Assembly (NCBI GenBank): GCA_030141605.1
Contig: JAQGDQ010000286.1
Span: 62,001 to 126,000, forward strand
Direction: 5' to 3'
DNA length: 64,000 nt
Source of the DNA: Tubiluchus corallicola
Taxonomy: Eukaryota; Animalia; Priapulida
The position numbers and the translations under genes were made by a program. Positions 28,314 to 41,984 of the stretch are shown one piece after another. The notes beneath the pieces are model-generated. The model was not told the origin of the DNA. It searched no databases and saw only the letters and a list, made by a program, of their open reading frames with translations. Each line of letters starts with the position of its first letter. The stretch's first letter is position 1.

Positions 28314-28679
28314 AATGGTTTAAGCTTCTTGTAAGCGGAGGGTTTCTCATGCTTCATACATTGCAGGAGTGATCCGTCTTCCACACAGCATGAGTCCTGA
28401 TCGTAAATGATTTATGTTCAATTCTGTTTAAGACGTAAATATGAATCAACTTTGCTTTTATGGTAATTCATAGATAAACTAAATCCTGTCTTTCCAAAAT
28501 TCTGAATAAACGACAGTGAAATAAATTCATACTTCTGGAACGTAGCAATGATTCAGACGTTACTAAATTACTATCGACAAGGTAGTTATAAACTTATCAA
28601 AATTGCAATTGTTAAGATAATACTTGAATACCCGTAAAATAATGTGTTTTACAGTCTGTTATCTTTTACACTTATTTTA

Positions 28680-28987
28680 TTTACAATTTTATATATATAC
28701 TTACATACTGTCTTTTTGCAAACAGGGCTTGTGTTGGCAGTAACGCTGTATAAAACTCTCGCGATGACCGCTAGATGCAGCAATTTTGACGATAGGTCAT
28801 TTGAAACAAGTTTAGATAACACTGACTAAAGTTTGAAAAATAATCAGAGCATTCGTAGTGCATTAGGTATTTACTAACTAAATAAAATTTTAAATTATTT
28901 ATTGTCTCTTGTCAATAAGATTAGAAATAAGTTTGTTGGTTAGTGAGTGATGCATCCAGGAGTCATTGATATTTACCATTTGGGAAA
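28680..28987 (+). mobile_element. Dispersed repeat family B
   Basis: Core GCTTGTGTTGGCAGTAACGCTGTATAAA...TTGTCAATAAGATT is shared with the other copies. Confidence 0.8.
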
Positions 28988-29020
28988 TTATTTTATATTA
29001 TTATATATATACATATTCTA

Positions 29021-29252
29021 TTGTATTGTGTTGTGTTGTGTTGTGTTCTGTTGTGTTGTGTTGTGTTGTGTTGTGTTATGTTACGTTGCGTTGCGTTACG
29101 TTACATTACATTACATTACATTACATTACATTACATTACATTACATTACATTACATTACACTACATTACATTACATTACATTACATTACATTACATTACA
29201 TTACATTACATTATATTATATTATATTATATTATATTATATTATATTATATT
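29021..29252. repeat. Pentanucleotide microsatellite ladder TTGTG/TTGCG/TTACG/TTACA/TTATA
   Basis: Directly visible. Confidence 0.97.
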
Positions 29253-29863
29253 AAATAATTTATATTTTCTACGCTATGTGTTTATAGCAATTTTATTATA
29301 GGTTTTTGATGGTGCTTTTATACTGAAATGAAATTTTGGAAAATTAAAAATTGTTTTTTTAAATTCTACAGATAAAGGCGTTTTTGTTCTGCTGATGTTA
29401 AACGTGTTCTGCTTAAATCTTATTGTTCAACTTTTTGCTGTTCTAATCCCTCAATCATTTTCATGTTGGTACTATTAGGAAATTAAAAGCGGTCTACTAT
29501 TTTGCATTGACGAAGTTTTTTGCTTATCCTAGGAGCAGATGCACTATAGCATCTAGAAGAGGCGCCGAAAACAACTGTAATCATTTTAAAACCATTTTAA
29601 TCAAAACTAATTTCAGCGAGATTTGAATTCAAGCAGTGAAATCACTCGTACTTTTATTCTTAGTACTAATGTCATTTGAACTTTGAATTTTTTGCCCAAT
29701 GGGAGTATACTCGCTAACCCTTTTTACATATTTAGCGTTGCAATTCTATGTTCCTATTATAAATGTTTATTTTATTTGTCTTGTAGTAATATTTTTAATT
29801 ATAATTTCTACCTGAACTTTGTTTATTATTGTATTGAACTTTATTTTACTTTTAAAATGTACA

Positions 29864-30032
29864 TAAATTATGAATTACTAACATATAATTATTATTAAAA
29901 TTAAACTTTTAATTGCTGGCGTCAGTGAGGAAAGTCTGAGAAACATAATTAAAGGAAAAGTCAACGAAATAATTACGTATATTTTACATACGGGAGGAAT
30001 AAAAGACACAACTAAAATTTGCGCTCCGTCTT
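29864..30032 (+). repeat. Left arm of a ~170-bp inverted repeat
   Basis: Reverse complement of 31581-31749 (ACATAATTAAAGGAAAAGTCAACGAAATAATTA vs TAATTATTTCGTTGACTTTTCCTTTAATTATGT). Confidence 0.9.
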
Positions 30033-30603
30033 TAAATGTACTAAAATAAATGTTCATAAACAAATAAAAAAATCTTATTGTTCACCCTTTAATTATCAAA
30101 CCGGAACTGGTGCTGCACCAATTTTACAAAACCGTCTTACCAACTTATTACTCATTTAGATGGTATAAAGTTCATCTTTACGTTCAATTATAATATGTGA
30201 CTGACGCTAATAAACGATATACATTAATATACAATAAATATAATATCGTAATTAATACAATAAACATCAGATATTTTTTACAGAATTTATATCCATGTGT
30301 GACAGTGATAAGTTTATATTTTTAAACAAAAGTGGAGATGAGGAAGATAAGAAACTGTTGATTAACTATGTGCATAAAATTAAGAATTACGAACTAAATT
30401 CTATATTAAGAAGTACGAATTAATTTAGCTAAGAACTAATGAATTCAATCAGCACTGTGACATATAGATAGATGTGTTTGTTATAAATTATGGTATTTTT
30501 TAAGTCAACTGCCTTTAAAAATAGGACGTGTTCGTGTATGCGTTGTTTATTTAAGCGTGAGATTTGTTTATTGTACTTGTGTTTATGTTTGTAAAATAAA
30601 TCC

Positions 30604-30947
<344 letters not shown>

Positions 30948-31200
30948 TTGCCTAAAATGTATGCTAAAGAGAGGAAAGTTTAGTTACGTGTAAGCAAAAC
31001 CTCTTTCATGTTACCGCCCTGTACTAGCTGAGAGCGCTGACAGGTTACAGGCTGGAGCAGCTAGTGCTGCCAATGGCTGCAGACTAGATTTTGAAAAAAA
31101 GTCTTACTATTTCAAAATTAAATAGCAGACATAAATGCATTCATGGTGTTTTTTAATTAGCTCGCAATTAACGAGAACATTAATTAGATTATGATAGCTG

Positions 31201-31292
<92 letters not shown>

Positions 31293-31580
31293 GCTCTCTT
31301 GCTCGGATCCTTGTCATATCTTTCTCTCCCTCCTCTCTGATAACGATATCATTGATTAGATTATGACACTGAATGTAAGAATGTTCATAAACTATTACGA
31401 TTTATTTATCAACAACTATTACCTATTACGGGTAATGAGTTATAGAAAAATTTCACAGCAAATACATTTGCTATTAGTTTTGCTGGTTTTTATTTCTTCC
31501 TATTGACTTCTTCTTTATGGATGTACGCCCAGGGTCAATCCTATAACAGTTCTACAACTGTTAAGCTGCTTAGACAAGCT

Positions 31581-31749
31581 TAAGACGGAGCGCAAATTTT
31601 AACTGTGTCTTTTATTCCTCCCATATGTAAAATACACCTAATTATTTCGTTGACTTTTCCTTTAATTATGTTCCTCGGACTTTCCTCACTGGCACCAGTA
31701 ATAAAAAGTTTAATTTTAATGGTAATTATGTGTTAGTAATTTATAATTT
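31581..31749 (-). repeat. Right arm of the ~170-bp inverted repeat
   Basis: Reverse complement of 29864-30032. Confidence 0.9.
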
Positions 31750-32302
31750 GTTGAGTGAGAATACATTAACAAAATTATACGGTCATTATTTACAAAGTAC
31801 CAGACAAAACAGATATTATTTGTCCAAGATGGTACGTAGAACCTTACCAAAAAACAAACAAAAAACAACATCAAAAACTGTTGTATGTCATAAACCAATA
31901 ATAAATATTAAATAATGATGTTATGAACATCATCAACAACGTCGTCTGACCTACTTACGGTCGGCTTGGTTAGTAATTAAATTCAAAATCTTGAAAGTAA
32001 ATTTATTCTGCTTTAATTATTATCAAGAATCATATCAAATTCGAGAAATGAACGAAAGATTTCTACTCACGCAACAGACAAAATGTGTTCAAGAAGTTTA
32101 TTTTTCGATCGCTTGTGTGCCGAAAAGATTAAAAAATTAGGCCAGTCTGTCACACCGTCAGAGAGATGATGTCTGATAACTGTCAACATTATTTTTATAA
32201 CTAGGATTAATAAAACCAGATTTCTGATTTCTAATTATACAGCTAAAAAGTTTAAAAACCACAAGAAATCACTGAACTTACTTAAAACTTGAAAAATTCG
32301 TT

Positions 32303-32419
32303 TTGAAATTTTGTACCATTTACATATTACCTTTTGTATATTAGACTTGTGTCGGCAGTAACGCTGTATAAACGTGTAAATTTAAACTCCCGCGATGACA
32401 GTTAGGCAGAGCCATTTTG

Positions 32420-32420
<1 letters not shown>
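32303..32420 (+). mobile_element. Family B repeat, 5' part, running into an (AAC)n array
   Basis: GACTTGTGTCGGCAGTAACGCTGTATAAA...GCCATTTTGAC matches 28727-28790. Confidence 0.7.
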
Positions 32421-32458
<38 letters not shown>

Positions 32459-32532
32459 GCAACAATAACAACAACAAAAACAGCAACAGCACCAGTAACA
32501 ACAAGAGCAGCAACAGTAACAACAACAACAGC

Positions 32533-32566
<34 letters not shown>

Positions 32567-32799
32567 GCAACAGCACCAGTAACAACAAGAGCAGCAACAG
32601 TAACAACAACAACAAGAACAAAAACAGCAACAGCAACAGTAACAACAAGAGCAGCAACAGTAACAACAGTAACAGCTACAGCAACAGCTACAGCAACAGG
32701 AACAGCAACAGCAACAGCAGCAGCAACAGCAACAACAAAAACAACAACAGCAACAGCAACAGCAACAACTACAACAACAACAACAGCAACACCAACAGT

Positions 32800-32834
<35 letters not shown>

Positions 32835-32835
32835 C
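32420..32835. repeat. (AAC/AGC)n trinucleotide array
   Basis: Directly visible; source of the poly-Asn, poly-Thr and poly-Cys ORFs. Confidence 0.97.
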
Positions 32836-33087
32836 TTTCTAAGGACTGAACTACCTGTTTCGTGCGCAATGTGTGATGTTTTGACATTTTATTAGAGTAA
32901 TCGTAATTAAGACGCTTGAGAGTTTTTACACGTGAAAATTTTGATAACTGTAATAAAACGAAATAATGTTATTTAAAATAAAACCAAATAAGTCCACATA
33001 TATACCAAATACATGCACTTAAAAACATTTATAGTTAAAAACAAGACGACTTTATTAAAACTTTTACATTAAAAAGTTAAAATCATG

Positions 33088-33126
33088 CCAACCGTTTCGA
33101 CGGGCAGTTGCTGTCATCATCAGTGG
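33088..33126 (-). ncRNA. Minimal type I hammerhead ribozyme motif (Penelope-like), partly degenerate
   Basis: Minus strand reads CCA-CUGAUGA-U-GAC[AGCAACUGCCC]GUC-GAAA-CGGU-UGG, with stem I CCA/UGG. It lies in a ~250-bp repeat shared with 41380-41590. Confidence 0.6.
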
Positions 33127-34040
33127 TAAATTTACAAACATCCAAAATTTTCATTACTAGAATCACTATTGCAATTAAGTAGCTAATAGAAGCCAAATAG
33201 GTAATGATTAAGCAGAGTAGTAAGGAAATTGATATAGTAAAACTAAATTAAGTAAAATAAAATGAAATGAAATAAAATGAAATAGAATAAAATAAAATAA
33301 ATTAAATTATTATTCGTCATAATTCATAAAACGTTTCTGTTTCATTTTAGTTAACTATTTAACTTTCTACAGTACCATACGCCCTTGAATTGAAATATTC
33401 ATTGAAAATTAATTGAAATTAATTGAAAAATGTACACCTGCTAACACACCACAGTTACTTAAATCCACTAAAATATTAAATTTCGAAACACGTGTTCCAT
33501 AACACGCTGTTTTTCCTAGTAAGGTCGATGTATCTCACAAGCTTTAAATGCAGAATTAGTGTAATGTCGCTGTTCCATTTTATCTTTTCCAACTTATTAT
33601 AACAGAGATTCTCTTTTTATATACGACTACTTCTACACTCTAAAATAAGAAGCATTTTTGAAAATTTATCTAAGTAAAATTTTCCCGGAAAAGACTCCAT
33701 GCCAAGGGGTGGGCTGGAATCCCTATAGAGTTTGCAGATGGTGGTAAATTGGCCAGAACACAAGCCTAATAGAGTCAGATCTCGTTACACTGGGACTCCA
33801 TTGGGACTTTTCTATGTATAAATATTTATGAACAAGGGCCAGATAAGATTGCTATTTTACATGAAGGGTGTATAAATAATTGATTACTCTGCTGGCAAAT
33901 GTAAGAGAGTTAAATAATCGATCCGTGCCATAAACTCACGGAAATATAAGCATGAATTTTCATGCTGGAATTTATACTATTGAAATTACGTTACCACAGT
34001 CCCATTTTGTCTTCATTTTTCTTTCTTCTTTTTCTTTGCC

Positions 34041-34071
<31 letters not shown>

Positions 34072-34380
34072 CTCTCTTTCTCTCTCTCTTATTTATAGAT
34101 ATTATTTATATAGTTTGTACGAGAATGTTGTATTTTGTGTAATTATTTTTCTTATATTACATGTACAAGCAACATCTAAGTATTGTGTGTCAACTTGTTT
34201 TTTCCATTGTCTACAATTATTCATAATGTCTTTTTGTGTGACTTGTTTTTGGATCTAGTTGTACTTTTGTTACCTGTGTCATAATGTATAATTGTATTTC
34301 CTTTGGTTGTATTACATTGAAATGATTCCTTGAAATGTACCTGCAAAAAGAGGTTAATAAAAGAGTTATAATAATAATAA

Positions 34381-34575
34381 TCTCTGTCTTACTCTCTCTC
34401 TCTCTCCCTCTATCTCTCTCACTTTCTCTTGCTTTCTCTTTCTCTCTCAACCTCTCTGTCTTTCTCTTGCTCTCTCTCTCTCTCTCCCACTCACTCTCTC
34501 TTTCTCTTTCTTTCTCTTTCTCTCTCAACCTCTCTGTCTTTCTCTTGCTCTCTCTCTCTCTCTCCCTCTCTCTCT

Positions 34576-34671
<96 letters not shown>

Positions 34672-34682
34672 CCTGTCTCTCT
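34381..34682. repeat. (TC)n tract
   Basis: Directly visible. Confidence 0.97.
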
Positions 34683-35227
34683 ACTCTGAAAAAAAGGCTG
34701 TGCAATTTGTATTAAAGATTAATTGTTATATTTTTAATATTAATCTCTCTTTCTCTTCCTTCTTATTCGTCTATCTTTATTCCTCGTAGATTGCAAAGTA
34801 GCTATTATATTATTTATGATATCGTATGATTACTTATTCTACCAGACGTGTTGCTCTTATCCACAAGCGCAGCTGTCAAGTAGCTGCAATACTCCAACAA
34901 ACTAGGAAAAATTAATTTGTTCGAGACAAATTGAAGCCACATTTGTTGGTGTGATAATTACATGGCTTCGCTTAGCCTCATGGTGTGGAGCGTGGCATCG
35001 CAGCGGGGCGGGCTTCCCTGGATTAGCGTGAACACATGAGATTTACAAAAACCATGAAAGCCCTAGTCATGTCAGGATGTGTGTGGGAGATTTGAAATAC
35101 ACTGGGGTACTGTCATGAATGCTGCTTGATGGGTGGGGGGAGGGGGTGTTAGGTAACTTTGTGTTAATTTTCCCCTTCTGTTCAGCACGTGTATGAACAA
35201 TTAAAGACACTCAAAATAGATGTGCAT

Positions 35228-35359
35228 GCGAGAGTGAGCGAGAGAGGGGGGAAGGCAAGAAGAGAGAGAGTGAAAGAGAGGGAGAAAGAGAGTGAGAGAG
35301 AGAGTGAGAGAGAGAGTGAAAGAGAGAGAGGGAAAGAGAGAGAGAGAGTTTGAGAGGGG

Positions 35360-35396
<37 letters not shown>

Positions 35397-35720
35397 AGAG
35401 AGAGAGAAAGAGAGGGAGAGTGAAAGAGAGTGGGGAAGAGGGAGAGAGATAGAAAGAGCGACAGAAGGAAAGAGGAGGATGAGAGAGAGTAAAAGAGAAA
35501 GGGAAAGAGAGAGGGAGAGAGAGAGGGGGAAAGAGAGAAAGAGTTGGAGAGAGAGAGAGAGAGAAAGAGTTGGAGAGAGATGGAGAGAGAGAGAGAGAGG
35601 AAGAGAGAAAAAGAGAGGGAGAGAAAGAGAGAGAGAGAGAGCGAGGGAGAGAGAGAGGGAGAGAGAGAGGGAGAGAGAGAGGGAGAGAGAGAGGGAGAGA
35701 GAGAAAACGAGAGAGGGAGA

Positions 35721-35759
<39 letters not shown>

Positions 35760-35850
35760 AGAGAAAGAGAAACAAAAAAAAAGAATGAAGGAGAGAGAGA
35801 GGGTGAGAAGGGAAGTTGGAGAAAGAAAGAGAATTGAAAGAGAACCAGAG
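35228..35850. repeat. (GA)n polypurine tract
   Basis: Directly visible. Confidence 0.97.
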
Positions 35851-36943
35851 AGGAAAAACTTGTAACAAAAACTTGTAAAAAAAGAAAAAGATGCCTGAAA
35901 AACAGCTGTAGAAAGGAGACAAGAAAGAAATAATGATTTAGTGAAAAATTGCTTTAGTGATGCGCGTATTTGCTTTTAAAATCTTGCTATTTTTATAGCA
36001 CAGAGTTACTATTATTTGTAAGAACCAAAGCAAACAAGACGAAAAACAAACAAACAAACAAACAAGCACACAAACAGACAGAAAGACAGACAGGCAGGCA
36101 GACAGACAGACGGACGGACGGACAGACGCACTGACAAACAGACAAACAAACAAAGAAAGATGAAAAACAAACAAAGATTAAATTAAGAAAATAATAATAA
36201 CTTTTTTAAGATTAAGGAAACAAATTGGATAACAAGGCAAACAGGACAATAAAGAAGACAAATAATTCAAACAGATAAACAGACAAACAAAGAAACTGGT
36301 ACATAAATAATCGACTTATATAAAATGCAGTTAATATTATTTATTTAGTTCTCAACACTACCAGAGATCAAAATTGAACAAACCGTTAATAATTTTACTT
36401 GCAGAGAAAAGTAATTTAGGAAATCTGTAAGTTTTGTAAAATCGTATAAAAGCTTTATTATTCATGACTGAATAAAAGAAAAAAAGTAAAACGAAAACAA
36501 AAAAGAAAAGAAAACTGCACACGTGGTTATCTTGCACAAAGAAGCCATATTTCATCACGTTTTCATTAATATTCAAAGCGCGCATAGAAGCCAATCTTGC
36601 AAATGCATTTTAAGGTTTGCAAACATTAAAACATCAACCGGTGAATGGCAGGCGATGTTGCTGAGGCTGCAGACTCAATCAATTAGGGACTGACAAGATG
36701 GGATGAAACAGAGATTCTCTAATTACAGCATCCAGGACACCAAGCACTTTGCTTTAATTGCAAACACTTTGTACAAACTTAAGCTTGGGGGATCGTGTTC
36801 CTGCCTCTAACTAGCCTCTTGAGAATGACTGAGTAAGCGTGGGGGGGGGAGGGGGGTGAACTGGCAAAATAGACATTCTATTTCTTTCTTCTCTATTCCT
36901 TTATTCACTTTTTCCCGCTTCCCTCCTTTCATTTTTTCATCGG

Positions 36944-37343
36944 AATAAATAAATAAATGACTAAATAACTAATAAACTAACTAAATAAATAAATAAGTAA
37001 CTATATAAATGAAGTAAATGTTTAAATAAATAGATAAGTAGAGACATATAAACAAATAAGTTATTAAATAACTAAATAAATACGTTAATATACGAATAAT
37101 TAAATAAATAAATGAAGAAATGTTTAAATAAATACACAAGTAGAGACATATAAATACATAAATTACTAAATAAATATGTAAATGATCAAATATATAAATG
37201 ACTAAATAACTAATAAACTAACTGAACAAATAAATATGTAATTATATAAATAATTAAATACATAAGTAAATGTTTAAATAAATAGATAAGTAGAGACATA
37301 TAAATAAATAAATTATTAAATAACTAAATAAATACGTTAAATA

Positions 37344-37379
<36 letters not shown>

Positions 37380-37580
37380 TTTGTTTATTTATTTAAGCAT
37401 TTTGCTCATATTTATTGGATCATTTACAGATTTATTCAGTAATTTATTTATTTATATGCTCTACTTGTTTATTTACTTAAACATTTATCTGTTTATTTAA
37501 TTATTTGTATATTAACATACATAAGTAAACGTTTAAATAACTAAACAAGTAAACAGCATATAAATAAATAAACAAATAAA
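36944..37580. repeat. AT-rich tandem repeat with an inverted unit beyond an (AT)n centre
   Basis: AAATGTTTAAATAAATAGATAAGTAGAGACATATAAA occurs 3 times (37016, 37118, 37268). Its reverse complement follows at ~37445-37490. Confidence 0.8.
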
Positions 37581-38647
37581 GGATGAAATTACGTTTCGTT
37601 TTTTAATATCAGAACATAAAAAATACCATTATCTAGTGAAAAAATGTAAACTTGTGCTCATGTGCATTCTCTGTTTGTCTCAATTACCTAAACGGCTGAG
37701 CATCAAAAACACAAACAAGTCACGTGATTTCAGCTGTACAAACTCTATAAAGGATTTGGATACAAGTTTTGCGACATTATTGAGAGAAAGTTACAACAAG
37801 CACAGATGTTTTTGATGGAAAAAGCTCTTACATACATTAGCTGGTACATGTGTATGCATTAGGTGAGAACTATACGCATGCCACCAGCGCTAGAAGCTAA
37901 CCGAGCTGAGTACTACGTGAATTATTCGTGCACGTTTGACGATTGGAGGCCAAGATGTTACCAAGATGTAACATGTAAATGAGCCGACTGTTTTACTATA
38001 TTATTATGAGTTTATTTCGTATAAAAATATAGTTTACAAATATAGAGATGTTAGTAAAACAGGTAATGCGATATTAGTAAAGTAACACATCTACAGACAT
38101 TCAGCATTATAATAACCACACATTGTAGTTCCCTTGTAATTATATTACATTTATACAGTGTTGTAAGGAGCTATAATAGATATCTTACACTATAATCTTT
38201 AAATGAATTCTTAACCTTTAATTTTACATTTTCGTTTAGATCTACAGTACAACCATATTGAAATCTTAAATTTTCTTGACTGTTATTTACATATGATAGA
38301 CTATTTACAGGGTTTTTGTGCAGAAACTATAAAGTAACGCAAGCACTTCGTTACATTTAAGTGTTGAGCACCTGTCTTTAAACATCAACTTTTCATTATT
38401 TTTTAAGCAGACGACGCAAAAAGTTTAAAAAATGAACTAAAATTTTTGTCAAATTAGATAAATATCTGAAAAAAACACGCAGCACGAGGTTTCTGCAGTT
38501 ACTGATTAACACACGCACTGCCGTGTTTAGGTAGGGGAGACCGGGGGCGGTTGTAATGTTTGGCATTTTTTCTCTTGTAAAATCATAAACGCTTTGTGAC
38601 TGTGTCACAGAGTAGTACCCAGACAAATCTCTCTACACATGTAGTCA

Positions 38648-38925
38648 TTAAAGCAAAATCGGACCCAGTCTTAAACTGCAGGTCAAAACAATCTACTCTT
38701 TAATACTTTGAATGGAAACATAGTATTTTTTCAGGAATCACTTACGTGAAAGAATTATTTCCACACAAACACAATTTCACGTTCGCACCACTAGTTCTTC
38801 GTTGTTACATGTATTTCGTCATTCGCTACTAGTGCTTGTATTTCGGAAACGCATTACACAAAAAAAACAGGCACTTCTCAGTTTAAATGCGTTAGTTTGT
38901 GACGAAATATGTAGTTCAATTTGAA
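38648..38925 (+). mobile_element. Kolobok-like MITE family A, 3'-truncated
   Basis: TTAA-AGCAAAATCGGACCCAGTCTTAAACTGCAGGTCAAAACAATCTACTCTT matches the family terminus. Confidence 0.8.
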
Positions 38926-41432
38926 ATCATAAAAAAAGTACAAAATTATCTAGGAAAAAATAGAATTACAATTACGGGATTAGTAGACACTGACACAAAC
39001 AGTTATATACAATTATAAACAATTATATACAATTATATAGGCTTGTTTGATATTATTTTCCTTATTTTACAATCGCGTTCTTTGTTATTTCTTTAATATA
39101 TTCAGTGAACAAAACCCAGGAACGTTTGTTTGTATGTGACGCTGTAAGTTGAAAACTGCATTAACATGTAACAAAACTAAGTGAGTAAATTTGAAAATAA
39201 TTTCATTTGTTCATTTTGATATCAAAGATATTTTCAAGTTTTCTGACACAAGCTGGTGCAATATAAAAAAAACACACCTCCTCAGGACTTGACATAAGTT
39301 ATTGCCTCCCCCCCCAAGTCTAAATCCGGCATCGAACGCAAGCATTTTCAACATCAGAATTTCAATTTAAATCCTCGATGTTATATTATTATGTCCACAA
39401 AACGTATTTGTTTTCCTGCATAAACTTTGTTGATGTTGTTTCATGGAACATGGCAGGCAGCCAAATCTGTCAGTGTTCCACACTAGAGGGCTCCAGAGAT
39501 CAGTCAACTAGACGGGGGGAAACCTTGTACTAAGGAAATCTTTCGTATCTCACCAAGTTGTCCTTTTAATCTAAAACGTAATCTTACCAGTCTAATTCTA
39601 TTGTATTTAGAAAATAATTTCTAACTTTCCAATTTTTTTAAATTTGTGACTCTTATTAGCAATTTAAAATTCTTGGTGCTTAATGTTTGGACTTTTTTAA
39701 TTTAAAATGTTTATTTAATTTTAATGTGCTAACTTTAAATTTTTCACAGAAAATCAAAGAAGCTTAATATTTGTGACGTGTTCTTATCTATGGTTTATAT
39801 TTTAATGTTTGTGCTCAGTAAGGTTCCCCTCACTGTTCCCCTCGGGCAAGCCACGAGGCGTTACATTCTCTAGACTTATCATGGCAGCAATCTTTGTGAA
39901 TAAACAGATTAATAAGCAAGAAAGATTTATGTTACATGTTCTATAAAGTTTCTAACAAAGTTACAAATGTTGCCAAGACGTTACAATATTAAGAGTGTTC
40001 ATTAATCATGGAATGAACTTGTCCCAAGAAATGGGAACGCAAAGTTTGAAGCTGGTATGGATTTGAGGCGGGGCTCTTTAAACTACGACTTTTACTTTTT
40101 AAATATTGATGACAAATTAACTTGTATGATGCAATCTCATGATGTCACTATTTAATGTGCTGTAGCTACGTTTGTATGTAAAATTTTGTTGTATGGATGC
40201 TTGTTGATTATCCAAAAATCAACAAATTACTGTTTACAAGTCAAATTTGTGTTGCTATTACTATACTACAGATGTTTAGTTAAAATAAATAGTGAATTTA
40301 TTTAGCAAAGTGGTTCCTGCCTCTTTAATAGAGCCAGAGACTGGTGTCCTTCGTATTCCAGTCCAGGTTGCCAACAACTTATAAACCCACAAGTTTAAAT
40401 TTATTGTCAACTATGTGTTGAAAATTTGTTGAAAAGAGTCGACGAAGTGGAAGAGAGGCAATCCGACGCACTTTATGTTAGAAATGTGTGTTTCATATAG
40501 TGGCAAATTACACGCTATAGTGTGCAAGCAATCCACATTATGTTCGACCGCCTGCGTACTTTGTTTGCACTTGATTACTCATCACTAAACCACAATAGTG
40601 GGCCCAGAAGTGAGCCTTGTCTGATACTGGGGTGCAAACTAATCCTATATTGAAATGACTTGAAACTTTCTCACATTGAACCTCGTTGTAATGTCAGTAA
40701 GGGGGCGTATCTAGTATCACAAAGGGTGCAACTGTCACGCAATAGCACGATCTAGAATGTTTTCAGAACAAGTTTAACCAAGGCATAAATTTAAATTGAC
40801 TCTTGCTCCTTATCATAAAAAACTAAGCTGCTATCTTGTCAAGATTTAAAGTCTTAATGGCACTGACGAGTGCTTTGAAAATTGGAATTAAATTCGTTCC
40901 TTCCTCCTTATCCAAAATCCGTTTTGTTCTTGGTTCCTACCCCCTCATATCACCTGCAGAGAAACAATTAAACCAACGCACCGCCGGGTTGGATTACGCC
41001 CAACAAAAGAGCGAAATCCTGATGAGGAATTAGTAAGAAACAATGGAGAACTGTCTTGACGTATTGTCATTGACAATGTGGTCAGAGTATGATGTAACAA
41101 AGTCAAGGAAATGCATTGTGGTTGCAACATCTAAAGTATGGCAGAGGAACAACAACACGAGGACGTAATTAATTAGTTTAAGAGTGGAAAACGGGAAAGG
41201 GTTAGCAAATTTAAGCAACTTTCTAATAGGATCTCAAACCCGCCAAACACTCCGCCGCGTCCAGAAATACAGAGTGAGTGATAAGACGACAAAGAACCGT
41301 AATATATCATACATTTCCATTAATTTATTAAGTTGGCAAATAACATTCGAAAACACATTACAATTATTATACAACATAGTTAAAATACCACACCTTTTTA
41401 AAACTTTAATTTACATAGTTAAAAAAATCATG

Positions 41433-41472
41433 TCAAATGTTTCGACAGCGCTGCTGCTGTCATCATCAGTGG
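41433..41472 (-). ncRNA. Minimal type I hammerhead ribozyme motif (Penelope-like)
   Basis: Minus strand reads CCA-CUGAUGA-U-GACAGC[AGCAGC]GCUGUC-GAAA-CAUU-UGA: intact CUGAUGA and GAAA core with a perfect 6-bp stem II. Confidence 0.65.
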
Positions 41473-41984
41473 AAAATTTTTGCAATCGTAACAACCAGTT
41501 TGCATAGACAGAGCCTACAGTATAGAACATTATGCACTAATTATGTATTTAATAGAAGCCAAATAGCTAATGAATAAGCTCACGAGTAGAAGAGATACTG
41601 CAAACTGGACTGAGTGGGTCATGCTCTGAGATTAGCGGAATACAGTCCACTTATTAAAGCTTTCCTGAATCAAATCAACCATCAGTGAAGCCAGTAGGAG
41701 GCAGCTTGCTCACATGCACGAATTTCACACAAAAACACCTCAGTCGAACGTCTCAAGTTTAAAGATACTTGGAAAGTGGAAAGTAGAAAAAGAACGAGCC
41801 GTTTGGCAGCAGGAGGTGGACGGTGTAATGACAGTGGACAAAAGTTCTTGCTGGGAAGTGGTGCTGACGAGTCACTAGCATAGCAACGTGTAGTTTTTTG
41901 CTGGATTACTGTTGTCTTGAGGGCAGATTTACTTTAGAGTTCTGCCTGCCCAATGTCTATAACAGACGTACTGGGCACATGACT

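Noticed and set aside
41017-41045. CTGATGAG...GAAAC hammerhead-like spacing
   Set aside because: No stem II or stem I can form.
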